Made by a program: the position numbers and the translations under genes
The notes under the pieces: model-generated
Seen by the model: the letters and a program-made list of their open reading frames with translations, nothing else
The model's database searches: none
What the model was told of the DNA's origin: nothing
DNA from: Octopus bimaculoides
Taxonomy: Eukaryota
Assembly: GCF_001194135.2 (NCBI RefSeq)
Contig: NC_068984.1
Location: forward strand, 128,231,865-128,295,864
DNA length: 64,000 nt
Direction of reading: 5' to 3'
Shown here: one piece after another, positions 12,998 to 25,832 of the stretch
Position numbering within the stretch: position 1 is the stretch's first letter
How the letters are laid out: each line of letters opens with the position of its first letter

Positions 12998-15900
12998 TGT
13001 GTATGTATTATGTATGTATGTATGTAGACATACGTACACATGCACAAACGCAATAGATAAAACTCAATTTCAAATTTTCACCCTCCCCCTTTTTAATTTT
13101 CTACATTGATGTAAGTTTTTAAATAACAATGAAAAAATTGATGCGATTTTCGCCATCAGTGTACAAAACTGCGTTTTTTGAAAATAACCCGATGAAAATT
13201 TGAAATACTTCAAGTGGTTGGAAATTTAACAAGATCCAACATGAGTATATATATATACCGATGCTGATGTGTTTACGTCCCCGTAACTTAGCGGTTCGGC
13301 AAAAGTGACCGATAGAATAAAGTACTAGGCTTCCAAAGAATAAGTCCTAGGGTCGATTTGTTCGACTAAAGGTGGTGCTCCAGCATGGCCACAGTCAAAT
13401 GACTGAAACAAAAGAGTATATATACGCGCGCGCGCGCAATATAATTTTTTCTTTATTTTTAACCGGCAAAGGTTACAAAGTGACTCAAGGGCCGAAGTTT
13501 CGTGAATCGCACTTGTCAAGCTGCTTCAAAATCTTATAGATACGCATGTGTGTGTGTATTTATCTGCCTGCATGTATATGTCTGTATGTAGGCCGGAGTG
13601 AAACCAAGTGAAGCGCAAAGCACACCTAAAAATGTCAACCCTTTGACCTTTCCATTGTCTAAATTACAAAACATTAAAACACAAGTACTAAATGTAAAAT
13701 ATTAGTTTAAAATTCAGTTTCTTTCCAGGCCAAACGACATAATTATGCGTGTGCGCGCATAAGCTATTGTTTAACACAGAACTGAAAAAAGTAAATTGTT
13801 ACACTTTTAACTAGGGCAACAAGCAAAAATGAAAAAGTTCGAGTCTTTTTTTTATTCATGTTCTTTTTTTCAACTTATAATAGGAAAACACAGATGCAAA
13901 ACTTTATTGAGAACCATTTTTGTACAGAAATCAATGTTGGATGTCAATTTTTGAAAAAAAAAAAATCGAAAGAGAAATATCATTAGAAAGAATTATTTGT
14001 ATGAAACAGCATTTTTTTATTACATTGGTTTCCATCCTTAAATGAGAAACATTTGATGATACATATAGACCAAAAGAAGAAAAATAATATCTATTATTGT
14101 ATTTTTATAACTTCATTAATTTTTTTTAAGTTTTCCCTTTTTTTGTTTTTGTTTATTACAAAGTTTTTGATCAAGTCTTTAAAACTAATCTCGCGTAACA
14201 CACATTTTAATATTTAAGCAGAGAATCGCAGTTTCTCTTGTTGCACATTCAAGAGGGATGCTTAAATCATATTTCTCATATTTCTACCTCGTCCCGCATT
14301 TTCTGACGTACAAGTCAACGTGATATGCAGGTCGAGGTAGATTTCTCAGTCAAAAAAATCAATGGTTCAGTCTATTCTCATCATATAAGTCGACTCTCTT
14401 TCTCTGGAATATTGTTCAACCTGATATATCTGAATAACATTATTAAATTGCTTTGCACATTGATTTATGATGAATAAAACTGTATAAAGAATAATCCCAG
14501 AAACGTATTTGTTTTTATTTTTTTATTTGGCGCACTTGAAGAAGAAATGGTTGTAGATTATGGTCACAGGTTTTTATTGAGAAATCAGAATATCGTTGGT
14601 GTAGGGCTTAACAGAGCTTGCACAGAGAACAGAGGGGCAATGAAAGATTTCACAAAATGAAAATGTCGAAATAAAAGGAACAAGATTCTATTTGAAATTA
14701 TGTTTAATTGTATGAAGTTTGGTTTTTAATATTTGCCTTTATTTATGATTATAATCTCACATCAATATGAATATAAAGAAAATTATCAGGTAACTAAAAT
14801 TGTTATGTGCTGTTATGGTGGATATGAAGTGTAAACATTTAACATCGTTACTATCTTTCCAACTCCCATTGCATCTCCTCCAACGCCGTTACAATATGTA
14901 AGTCGACGTACTTTTCTTGACTAGAAATTTTGACCTGAAAAATTCAACCTGTATGTCGAAAAATACGGTTCAGACGGTTATTCCAAAATGAAAGCTAACC
15001 TTTCATTTTGTTATTATAAGATTATACACTGAGAAATTCTGTAACTTGCCTCTTTTTTTTTATGCGCCCTTCTAAAGCCTAGCCAGGCTCATGGGCCCGG
15101 TTTCCCGATTTCTATGGCGAATGTGTTCCCCTCCCCCCAGCTGGACGGGACGCAGCGTTACTCAAGAAACAGGAAGAAAGAACTTGTTTCTTACTTCTAG
15201 TTAAAATAGATGTCTTGATCCAAAAGGCTGACAAAAACCAAAAGTAAATGATAATATACGAATAGTAATAACGTAATAAAAATAGAAATAATGTATAAGA
15301 ATAATGATAAGGAATATAATGTAACTATATATATGTAAGCCTATGCAGTAGAAAATAAACAAGGCTGAGAAAAATCATGACCAGATTTAATCGATTTTCT
15401 GACTTTATTGGGTTCTCATCAATCCCCAAGAAAACAAGCAGCCAAGCTGTTTATACACTCAACAAATCCGGTGGCTGCAGAAAACTGGAATTCCTTATTT
15501 GCATACAATACATCACAGGTTTCCTATATCAGTGTCTTACTAAGCAGTTGCTTTGTAGGTACTTGTTACTGACGAAGTACAAGGAGACAGAAATGTACAC
15601 TTGGAAATCCCACTACAGCTGCTAGACGATTTTCGTCTGTTACTGATATATTTTTGTATATTTTTATTGTGCAGAATGAATACCATTGTTAATTTAGCTT
15701 TTAGTAACATATCTGCATTGTGCATGATGCACAGATTGTTATTTTAAACTAATACTGTTTCTGTTGCATATAAAAAATGAGTACACACACGCACACGCTA
15801 ATAATAATAATAATAACGATAATAATCATCATCGTTTTACTGGCTGTTTTTTATGCTTGCATGGGTCAGACGGAATTTGTTGAGGCAGATTTTCTACAGC

Positions 15901-16629
15901 CAGATGCTCTTCTTGTTTCCTAGTAAGATATTTTCACATTACCAAACTGATGTTTCAAAAGACTGAAAAATGAAGGATGCTGTTTTTATGACTGTGATGC
16001 TTGCTTATAACTATCACACAATGTTGAGACAAGGCGGCATTCACACACACACACTCACACACATACATGCACACACACACATATACATATATATGACAAG
16101 CTTCTTTACGATTTTGTCTTCCAAATCCACACACATGGCTTTGGTCAACCCAAGGCTAAATTAGAAGACATTTGATCAAGGTACCACACTGTGAGACTGA
16201 ACCTGGAACCATATCATTGGGAAGCAAATTCCTTACCACACAGCCTTGTCTGTGCCTAATTCATTTTTTTATTCTTTTATTTGTCTCAGTCATTTGACTG
16301 TGGCCATGCTGGGGCAGCACCTTGAAGGTTTTTTTAGTTAAATGAATCAACCCTAGTATTTCTTTCTTTTTAAAAGCCTGAACTGCTAAGTTATGGGGAC
16401 ATAACACACCAAAACTAGTTGTCAAGCAGTGATGGGGGACACATGCCTAGATATATACATATACATATATATATATATATATACGATGGGCTTCTTTCAA
16501 CTTCCATCTCTCAAATCCACTCACAAGCCTTTGGGTGGTCCAACGCTATAGTAGAAGACACTTGCTCAAGGTGATACGCAGTAAGACTGAACCCAGAATC
16601 CTGTGGTTGGAAAGAGTTACCTGTATCAC

Positions 16630-17033
16630 ACTGGTTATCAAAAGCCAACATCATGACTACTGCTCAATGCTAGGTGAACAGTACAAAGGCTGTAAGACAT
16701 GACATGGACAGTTGTAACAGAAACTATGAAGCTGTGGCCAGCAGGAAAAGACACAACAGGCACTCTGGCTGCATTCGCATGTGGAAATCATCAAACAACT
16801 GATGAACAGGGCCCTAGGCTTAATTCAGATGGTTGTGAAGCTAGTAGATAATGTGGTCAAACCCTGGTTAGGGAGGGTTGCTGCTGGAATACCATATATA
16901 AGGCAGTAGGATTTGGTTCCTTGCCATATCTCTGGAAAGAGTCAGAAGTGCTTATCACAGAATTTCTATGACTTCACCAGTTCCAGTTTCTGGCCTCCTA
17001 ATTTCCTGAAAAAATGAAGGCATAAACAATCAT

Positions 17034-17085
<52 letters not shown>

Positions 17086-17173
17086 NNNNNNNNNNNNNNN
17101 NNNNNNNNNNNNNNNNNNNNNNNNNNNNNNNNNNNNNNNNNNNNNNNNNNNNNNNNNNNNNNNNNNNNNNNNN

Positions 17174-17226
<53 letters not shown>

Positions 17227-17334
17227 CATATATATACACATACATACATACACACACACATACACACACATATGGGATATATTGTATTTTCTTCACCTTT
17301 TATGCAAACTGTCAAATTTAGCCTGAACACCCTG
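16630..17334 (+). mobile_element. Internally deleted Tc1/mariner (maT-like) element with catalytic fragment and right TIR
   Basis: VKLVDNVVKPWLGRVAAGIPYIRQ*DLVPCHISGKSQK..LSQNFYDFTSSSFWPPNF (QQD.APCH / WPPNSP motifs); right end ...gaacaccctg|TA at 17334; spans an N-gap. Confidence 0.78.
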
Positions 17335-17343
17335 TATATATAC

Positions 17344-17387
<44 letters not shown>

Positions 17388-17389
17388 TG

Positions 17390-18010
17390 TAAAGTAGACA
17401 GTGGCAGTGGATTGAGGGAAATGGAAGTAGAACAGAGGAACACCCAAATAGCTGGAAGAAGGATGATGATGAGGGGTTTTGATGTGTTGATGATGGTAAT
17501 GACAGTTATGTAATAACAGTCTGGTCATTGTAGCTTGGTGATGGTGAAGCAGCAGTAGCAGCAGTAGTGGTAGTGATAGTGGTGATGGTAAATGACAGTA
17601 TAGCGGTGCTAGTGATAGTAATCCAGTAAAGGTGATAGTGGCTGATGTGGTGGTGGTGGTGGTGGTGGTGGTGGTGATAATTGTATTCGATGGTGGTAGA
17701 GTGAAGTAATGGTAATGGTGGTGGTGGAGGAGGAGGGTGGTGGTGGTGGTGGTGAAGGAGGAGGAGGTGGTGGTGGTTTTGGCGGCGGTGGTTGTAGTGA
17801 AGGGCATATAGTGGCAATGATAGTGCTATAGTGGTGATTGTAATTGTGTAGAATTAGCAATATGGTTATGATGGCTAAGTTATGTCGTAGTATTGTAGAT
17901 GTGGTGGTCATGATGGAATGTTGTATTAGAGGTGGTGGCCATCTATGGCGATGGTATAGAAATAAGTGTGATATTGGTGTGGTAATAGTGATGGGAATGA
18001 TATATGTTGT
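17390..18010 (+). repeat. (GGT/GAT/AGT)n low-complexity tract
   Basis: Trinucleotide-rich; explains the poly-T/H/P ORFs in the track. Confidence 0.85.
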
Positions 18011-18932
18011 TGTTTAACTCCAGGTCAATTTTGATTGATTAAATATATATAATGAAAAGCATTCCAGCCAGCTAGGACCATCGCATTTTTAAGGGACATC
18101 TCAAACTAAATTATCCAACGTGTCAGATTTGATTTGAAGGAGAATTTGGCTGCTATTTCTACCGGGTATAGCAGCTCCCTCTGTTCAGTGGTGATGAGGT
18201 TGGCATTGGTATTGACAGTGGTGGTGGTGGTGGTGGTGGGGCAGTAATGATTGTGTGAGAGGAGGTGGGATGTAATAACAACAGCAGCGTTATTTCATCC
18301 CACTTAGAGATGACTTAATAAGATGGATGTTGTTGGCAAGAGTTGTCATTTCACTGNNNNNNNNNNNNNNNNNNNNNNNNNNNNNNNNNNNNNNNNNNNN
18401 NNNNNNNNNNNNNNNNNNNNNNNNNNNNNNNNNNNNNNNNNNNNNNNNNNNNNNNNNNNNNNNNNNNNNNNNNNNNNNNNNNNNNNNNNNNNNNNNNNNN
18501 NNNNNNNNNNNNNNNNNNNNNNNNNNNNNNNNNNNNNNNNNNNNNNNNNNNNNNNNNNNNNNNNNNNNNNNNNNNNNNNNNNNNNNNNNNNNNNNNNNNN
18601 NNNNNTATATATATACTCACCTTGCATTTTGTAGTATAAAAGAAAAAGGATGCAACACAATCTAGTGTAAGAAGTGTGTATATAGTCGTCTGATATATGT
18701 ATATATGTGTGCATACATACATACATATGTATATATATATATATATATATACAAACACACATGCACACACACACACACTCGACAGTAAATCAAAATTTCA
18801 TAAATACTTAATATTCAATTTTATTTATTCATTCCAATTATGAATGTTTAATAATTGAAAGATGTGAGTTAAAATCACCATTTTTTTTCATCATTTGTCT
18901 AATTATTAGCAAAGTCTCATATAAGATAATTT

Positions 18933-19359
18933 GGTGCCAGTGTAGTATATGATCTACATACATGTTTCTGGTATAGCTTATGATCTACATTAGTTCAAAT
19001 GGTATAGTTTGTGATCTACACCAACTTTATGATCTACATTTAAAATTTGTCTATTTACTCGACTTCTGGTTGGTTTGGTATATAAGCCAAAAAAAGAAAC
19101 TTTTATGATTTAAATTGTTATGTAAGCCTAGTGAAAGAAGTTGTGATGAGAGAAAAAGAATTTTACACACAGGTTATTCAAGATGAAGAAGCTGCAAAAG
19201 AATTTCTCCAATGCTATGAACTCCTTGATAAACATATTGATCCATCTCTAATTATAATTGCAAAATTATAACAAAATTTTGAACGTAGATCACAAGCTAG
19301 TCTAGATTTAAGTTGCTGTAGATCACAGTGGCATGTAGATCACATACTACGCTGGCACC
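18933..19359 (+). mobile_element. Non-autonomous Merlin (IS1016/ISXO2-like) DNA transposon, probable
   Basis: 27-bp TIRs (2 mismatches) starting GGTGCC; subterminal GATCTACA repeats; degenerate 8-bp TSD gataattt/aataagtt; internal MREKEFYTQVIQDEEAAKEFLQCYELLD remnant. Confidence 0.68.
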
Positions 19360-19677
19360 AATAAGTTTTTTGTTTCAATCTTGGAATTAAATGATCTTGA
19401 TTTTACTGTCAGGTGACTTTTGGCCAACCCTGTAAATAAGGACAGGCATGGCTTCCTGATTAAGAAGTGCACTATCCAGCCGCATAGTTTTGGGTTCAGT
19501 CCCACTACATGACAACTTGAGCAAGTGTCTTTTATAGCCAGAGGTTTAGAAAGACTTGTGAGGAGATTTTCCAGATGGAAACTGAAGAAGCCTGTCATAA
19601 ATGTGTGCATATGTGTGTGTATGTGTTAGTGTGGATCATGGATGTTAAATGATGATAATGATGATGCATAATAATGA

Positions 19678-19730
<53 letters not shown>

Positions 19731-22049
19731 TACAGAGAGAGAGAGAAAGAGATAGAATAGGAGAAAGAGATGTAAGTATTTAGGTGCAAAACAAGATGGA
19801 AAAAACAATGCTCTGATGCCAAGAAGTAAAACATGTTTTAAGTTGAAAGACTCCACCCTGTTACTCTGAGTTTCACGTAACAGATCATTTGTCTAATGAC
19901 TGGTTAAGGGAAACACAGAGTAATAGTTGGTAAAGTTTTTCAGCTTGAACACACACACACACACACTCACACATTCAAGCTAATATATATGCATTCAACC
20001 TGTAAAGATAAACTAGGCTCACCCACTCACCCAGATGTAACTATTAGTATAGTTAGCTATATATAAATAGGTAAATGATTATTGACATAACATAGGAGCT
20101 GGGTGCAATGGTGTGTGATGATTCCCTTAGCAGAAATGGGCTTAAAGAATAGGTATAGTATTATACCTCAATGTGTTCCCTACTGCAGCAGCTGATTTGG
20201 CCACCCTCTCCTGCTGTTTGCTATTACTCAACTAGTATTGTAAAGTGATATCATCTTAAGTAGCTTCCTCATCTATCTCAGCCTGGTGGTAGTTATATTC
20301 TGTACCCAACAATATCTCTATAACCATTCTTTATCTTCCTATCTTTAGATATAAGCATAGGGGAAGTGATTGCTGTTTGTTTAATAATACAAACTATTTC
20401 TCTTGCTCTTTGGATGTCCCTTATTTGCCTGTGATAACAAAAAAAAAAAAAAAAAANNNNNNNNNNAAAAAAAAAAAAAAAAAAAGGGCTGTTGTGCAAA
20501 TTTGCTGTGATGTGGTCTTAATTACAAAGCTTAAACCCAGTCTGATATTAGTGGAGATAGGGAGCGTACAGGGTACAAGTTTAATCCTCTCCATACAAAT
20601 GATCTATCTATAAATAAGTACATAACCTTCTCTTCTCTAAACATTAAGTGCTGTAGATCTGTTATTTCAACCAGTATTTGCACAAATATAATCAGGTAAA
20701 ATAGTCATCTATGTATCACATTTTATGTATATACACTGTTTATAGGCTGGTTACTGCAGTATTTCTCCTGAGATAATATCTCTTAGTGGATTTGGCTATT
20801 TTAATTAAATACTGCCTCAGCTGCATATACAAGAAAATCAGATAACTTTTGATCTGTGACATCATTTCACTATATCATTGCATATGAACAAAGCAAGAAA
20901 AGGTTTTTGGGGAACATGCATAGCTTTTAATAATGGTAGTAGGCTGATGACTATAGCTCAGTTACCTTTGTGGGGCCAAGTTTTTATATGTAGGATGTAT
21001 TAATATCCAACACTTGGATTTTGTTACTGATGAGATGTGTGCGTAGAATCAGTAACAGGGTATTAGCTGAAGCTAAATTTAACTAGATTCGCATGCATAA
21101 GGGAAGTTAAAACAACAAGCAATAAACTTTTGAAGGAAACCTACACAATACTAAAATATAAAATAAACAACAGCAAAATATAAACCAACAATAACAAAAC
21201 ATCATAAACCATGCTGGGAGGGTAGGTTTGTTATGATTTTACTTTAAAGCAATCCTTACTAAATTAGCAGCAATTTATCTCAAATATATATGTTGCTGAG
21301 GGGGTGGAATATAGAAGAGATGGAAAAGAATACATTTTGTTAGAGGCATCACCAGCAACAACATCATTATCAATTATGTTATGCCTGTTCTCTGCTCGGA
21401 ACTTTAGTAGTTAGTTGTTCACTTGATTTGTCTAATTTTGTTTTCCTCTCAAAACCAGTTCTTTCAGAACATGTCAAATTTCCATATCAGATAGTTAACC
21501 TTTGACCTACTTACTATTTACAACCAATACTACATAGTTAGTTCTAGGCAAGAATATATAGAAATATCTCTAGCTTTGCTTTACAATAATTTTGAGATTA
21601 ATGTTACTTGACACATTCTACAGTTGCTCATTTTCCTTCTTTTTTTTTTTTTTTCGCTTGTTTCAATCATTGGACTGTGATTAAGCAGGGACACCACCTC
21701 AAAGGGTTCAGTCAAACAAATTGACCTTAGTACGTCTTAAAGTCTGGCACTTACTTCATCAATTTGCCAAACTGCTAAGTTATAGGGACATAGACAAACC
21801 AACACTGGTTGTCAAGTGGTAGTGGGGGACAGACATGAAGACACACACATAGAAGTATACACACAGGTTTCTTTCAGTTTCCAGTAAATCCACTCACAAG
21901 GCTTTTGTCATTTTAGGACTATAGTAGAAGACACTTGCCCAAGGTGCTGCATAGTGGGACTGAACCCAAAACCACATGTTTGGGAAGCAAACTTCTTAAC
22001 CACACAGCCACACTTGCACGTATGCTTAATACATTTTTTTCTTGAAGAG

Positions 22050-22428
22050 ATTGGCACTCCGTCGGTTACGACGACGAGGGTTCCAGTTGAACCGATCAAC
22101 GGAACAGCCTGCGCGTGAAATTAACGTGCAAGTGGCTGAGCACTCCACAGACACGTGTACCTTTAACGTAGTTCTTGGGGGAGATTCAGCATGACACAGA
22201 GTGTGACAAGGCTGGCCCTTTGAAATACAGGTAAATAGAAACAGGAAGATAGAGTGAGAGAAAGTTGTGGTGGAAGAGTACAGCAGGATTCGCCAATATC
22301 CCCTGCCGGAGCCTCGTGGAGCTTTAGGTGTTTTCGCTCAATAAACACTCACAATGCCCGGTCTGGGAATCGAAACCGCGATCCTACGACCGCGAGTCCG
22401 CTGCCCTAACCACTGGGCCATTGCGCCT
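22050..22428 (-). mobile_element. tRNA-derived SINE, CpG-rich young copy (OR-type-like)
   Basis: Head GGCGCAATGGCCCAGTGGTTAGGG..GGTTTCGATTCC with A and B boxes but no acceptor stem; related heads at 2921-3177 (+), ~5060-5338 (-) and ~25843-26050 (+). Confidence 0.82.
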
Positions 22429-23857
22429 GAAGTGATAATTATCCACTTCTCAATTTAAAAGGATGACAGGAATCAATATCTTCTTATGCAGCATTCCAGT
22501 GATATCTCAGTGCCTGACATTCATATTATCAGCCTGTGTTAAGCACCAGGCCAGTAGTTCTCAAACGGGATCCATATGGTTGATAGGGTTCCATACAAGG
22601 CCCGAAATTTTTGGTGAGGGGGCCAGTTGATCAGATCAACCTCAGTATACATCTGGTACTTAATTTATTAACCTCAAAAGGATGAAAGGCAAGGTCGACC
22701 TCGACGGAATTTGAACCCAGAATGTAAAGACAGATGAAAAACCACTTAGCATTTTGCCCAGCGTGCTAACGTTTCTGCCAGCTCACCACCTTAGGCATTA
22801 GCGTTTTTACATACACCACCTTAGGTATTAGTGCTTTTACATACACATATACACACAACGGAATTTCCACCTACCAAATTCACTCACAAGACTTTGGACA
22901 ACCTAAGGCTATAGTAGAAGACATTCGCCCAAGGTGCTGCCCAGTGGGAGTGAACCCAAAACCATATAGTTGGGAAGCAAGCTTCTTACCCACACAGCCA
23001 TAAAATAGTATACTTAATTGTTTAGCACCAGATCATTCCTGATACAGCAGACCTATGAATAAAGACGCTCCATCTGTGACCATCTCATCTTTTATGCACA
23101 CAGTGCATCAAAGACTATATTATTTAATGTTTCCTTCCTTTTTTAAAGATGTTAAGAGATGTGATGTGATGGACATTTGGCTGTTATTTCCAGCAGATCA
23201 AGTGACCACATAGAAGCTCCCTTGTTAGATCATATCAGTCATAATTATAATTTCAGGTGTAATCTATTAAATTATCAAAAGTGGGTGAGTGTACACGATG
23301 GAACATTCCTTCACCATGATGATTTAATCAGAATATTCCCCACCATTGTGTTTTAAAATGCAACCTCTTCACCCTCAGTGATGATTTTTAACGGAACATT
23401 CTAGATATCATAATTTTGGATTTAAATTCCAGAAAATCACAAGGTCTCTTTATATAGTAGTCTACATGCAGAGACATGAGAACGAGTGTATATACGTGCA
23501 TGTGTGTGTGTGTGTGTGATATTATAGAAGAAATCAAGCATTGATTCTCTTCCTCCTGAATAGTTTCCTCTACATATCCTAAGCCCAACTGGACCCTAAA
23601 CAACTGCATCTAAGATAAATTTGCAACTCTTAAGTAAATATTGACCCTAGAGAACATATACTTATATGCTATCTCTGTTTGCTTGTCTGTATCTCTCTCT
23701 TGTTGTATATACATATATGTGTGTACGTATAAGTGTTTGTATATATTTATATGCATGTATATATATATGTTTGAGTGTATTTAGATAAGGATATATATTT
23801 GTTAGTGTATTTGTTTCTGTATGAGCTTGTATAAGAACATGTATGTATATAGAAGTA

Positions 23858-23897
<40 letters not shown>

Positions 23898-25776
23898 TAC
23901 ATGTATGAATTACTAAAGATACATGCACACACACACACACATACACAAACTGTCACACACATAACATACAATATCGCTTTCTTTTAACCTTCTCTCTCCC
24001 TGTTCTCAAGATACCAACTGACCAACCTACCATAGCAACCATCATTATGGTTGGAGGGGTCAGTCTATTGTCCTGGCATTAAGACAAATGGTGTGGACCT
24101 TCTGCAGTGTCCAGCTTGCCTGACCGATGACTCATGGACAACAATTGCATGAGTCATGTCTCTTTAGAAACTGGACACTGGTCTTCTACTACTTATGACA
24201 TTTCTTTGTTAGTCTCATCCCACAGTGGTAGAGGACTTTTGTAGTTGTTGTTGTTACTATTACTATTATTATTATTATTATTATTATTATTTGCATCATC
24301 ATTTCTTTAATTTGCTTTTCCAGGCTGACAACTATTGAACTAATGTTAATAACATTATTATCACCAACATCATTATTATTCTTGCCACCTTAAATATCAC
24401 CACCACTGTAGCTACCACCAGCACCACTCCGTAACCAGCATTTCACAACCACTACTGCCACTACCACAGTCACCAACTGCTATAATCACAAAGCAGCTGC
24501 TATATGGTTGCTCGACCCACTAGAAATAACAGCTGAATCTCCCTCAAACCACACTGTACCATTTAAGAATAACTAACTAAATAAATAAATAGAAAACACA
24601 TTGGATAATGTAGTCCAAGGTAAACTATTCTTTAAGAAGGAAAAAAAGAAAGACAAAATGGTTATAGCTTGAATACCTTTGATCATAGTAGGGATGTTTT
24701 AGGGTTAGACAACAACACCAACAACAGACAGCCAACTATCGCGATTACAGTAAGAGATGGTAGTTGTGCAGACTGACATAATAAACAGACTATCAATGGT
24801 TATTAGTCAGCTAAGGATCGCTGTTTAAGGGATACATTGGTGGTGAGAGGCAGTTACTATTGATTATTTTTTCCTTTCTCTCTCCTCTCCCTCTTCTTTC
24901 AGCCTTAAAAATCTTTATTGATTAGACAACTGGTTCAGCACAGCTAATCTTAATATTAGGGATAAACAACAAATATTTGGTCAATTCTTGCAAATATAAA
25001 GGAATTTGGCCTTCATCAGTATTTTATAGTTCATTCTTTCACATAAAACCTTGTAACTAAACTCTCTTTTAACTTTGCTTACAGCTTGCATTTATACTTT
25101 CAACTCTATAGTGAATTGGTTTTTTCAAGCACAGGAACACCATCATCATCATGATCATTGCAGTCCTGATTTACTGTCCACTTTCCCATGCTTGCATGGG
25201 TCAGATGGAATTTATCGAAGTGGATAATTTATAGGTGGATACCCTTCCTGACTAGTTTCCAAGAAAGGTGATATTTCCCTCATGACCAGACATGTTTTCA
25301 CAGAAGATTGGAGACAAACTGCTTGCATAATGGTGACATTCATTTACAACTGTCACGTGATGCCAAAGCAGTGAGACAGTAAAACACACACACACACACA
25401 TATATACATACACACACACACACACATATATACATACACACACACACACACAATATGACAAGCATCTTTCAGTTCTGTCTTCCAACCCTTTGGTTGGCCA
25501 GGGGCTATAGTAGAGAACACAGAGAAGAGACAATGCATGGTTTGAGAAAATGTTTTAGCCTTGTCAAAGGCAAGACAATCTCTAGAGTGCTGGTGCCATA
25601 AAAAAAGGAAAAAAATACATCCAACTTTGTAAAGTGGTTGGTGATAGGAAGAGCATCCAGTCATAAAAGCCAAGTGAAAACTAATACACTAGAGTGGTCC
25701 TCTGACCTGTCAGATCCTGTTGAACTGTCCAACCCATGCCAGCATAGAAAAGTAGATTAGATGTAAAATAATAATG

Positions 25777-25832
<56 letters not shown>

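Noticed and set aside
15377-15760. Protein-like plus-strand stretch that could be joined by a GT-AG segment
   Set aside because: The implied intron is only 40 nt and I recognise no homology
20940-21075. Two TGATGA (box C-like) and CTGA motifs, a 14-bp hairpin (21019-21055) and partial complementarity to a remembered 28S segment
   Set aside because: No terminal stem, the guide is not followed by a D/D' box, and spacing is non-canonical; insufficient for a C/D snoRNA call
22356-22428. tRNA-like sequence
   Set aside because: A and B boxes are present but there is no acceptor stem, and it continues into a SINE body; it is a SINE head
23388-23609. MQLFRVQLGLGYVEETIQEEENQ after a possible acceptor
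   Set aside because: No donor, runs into a CA repeat, no recognisable family
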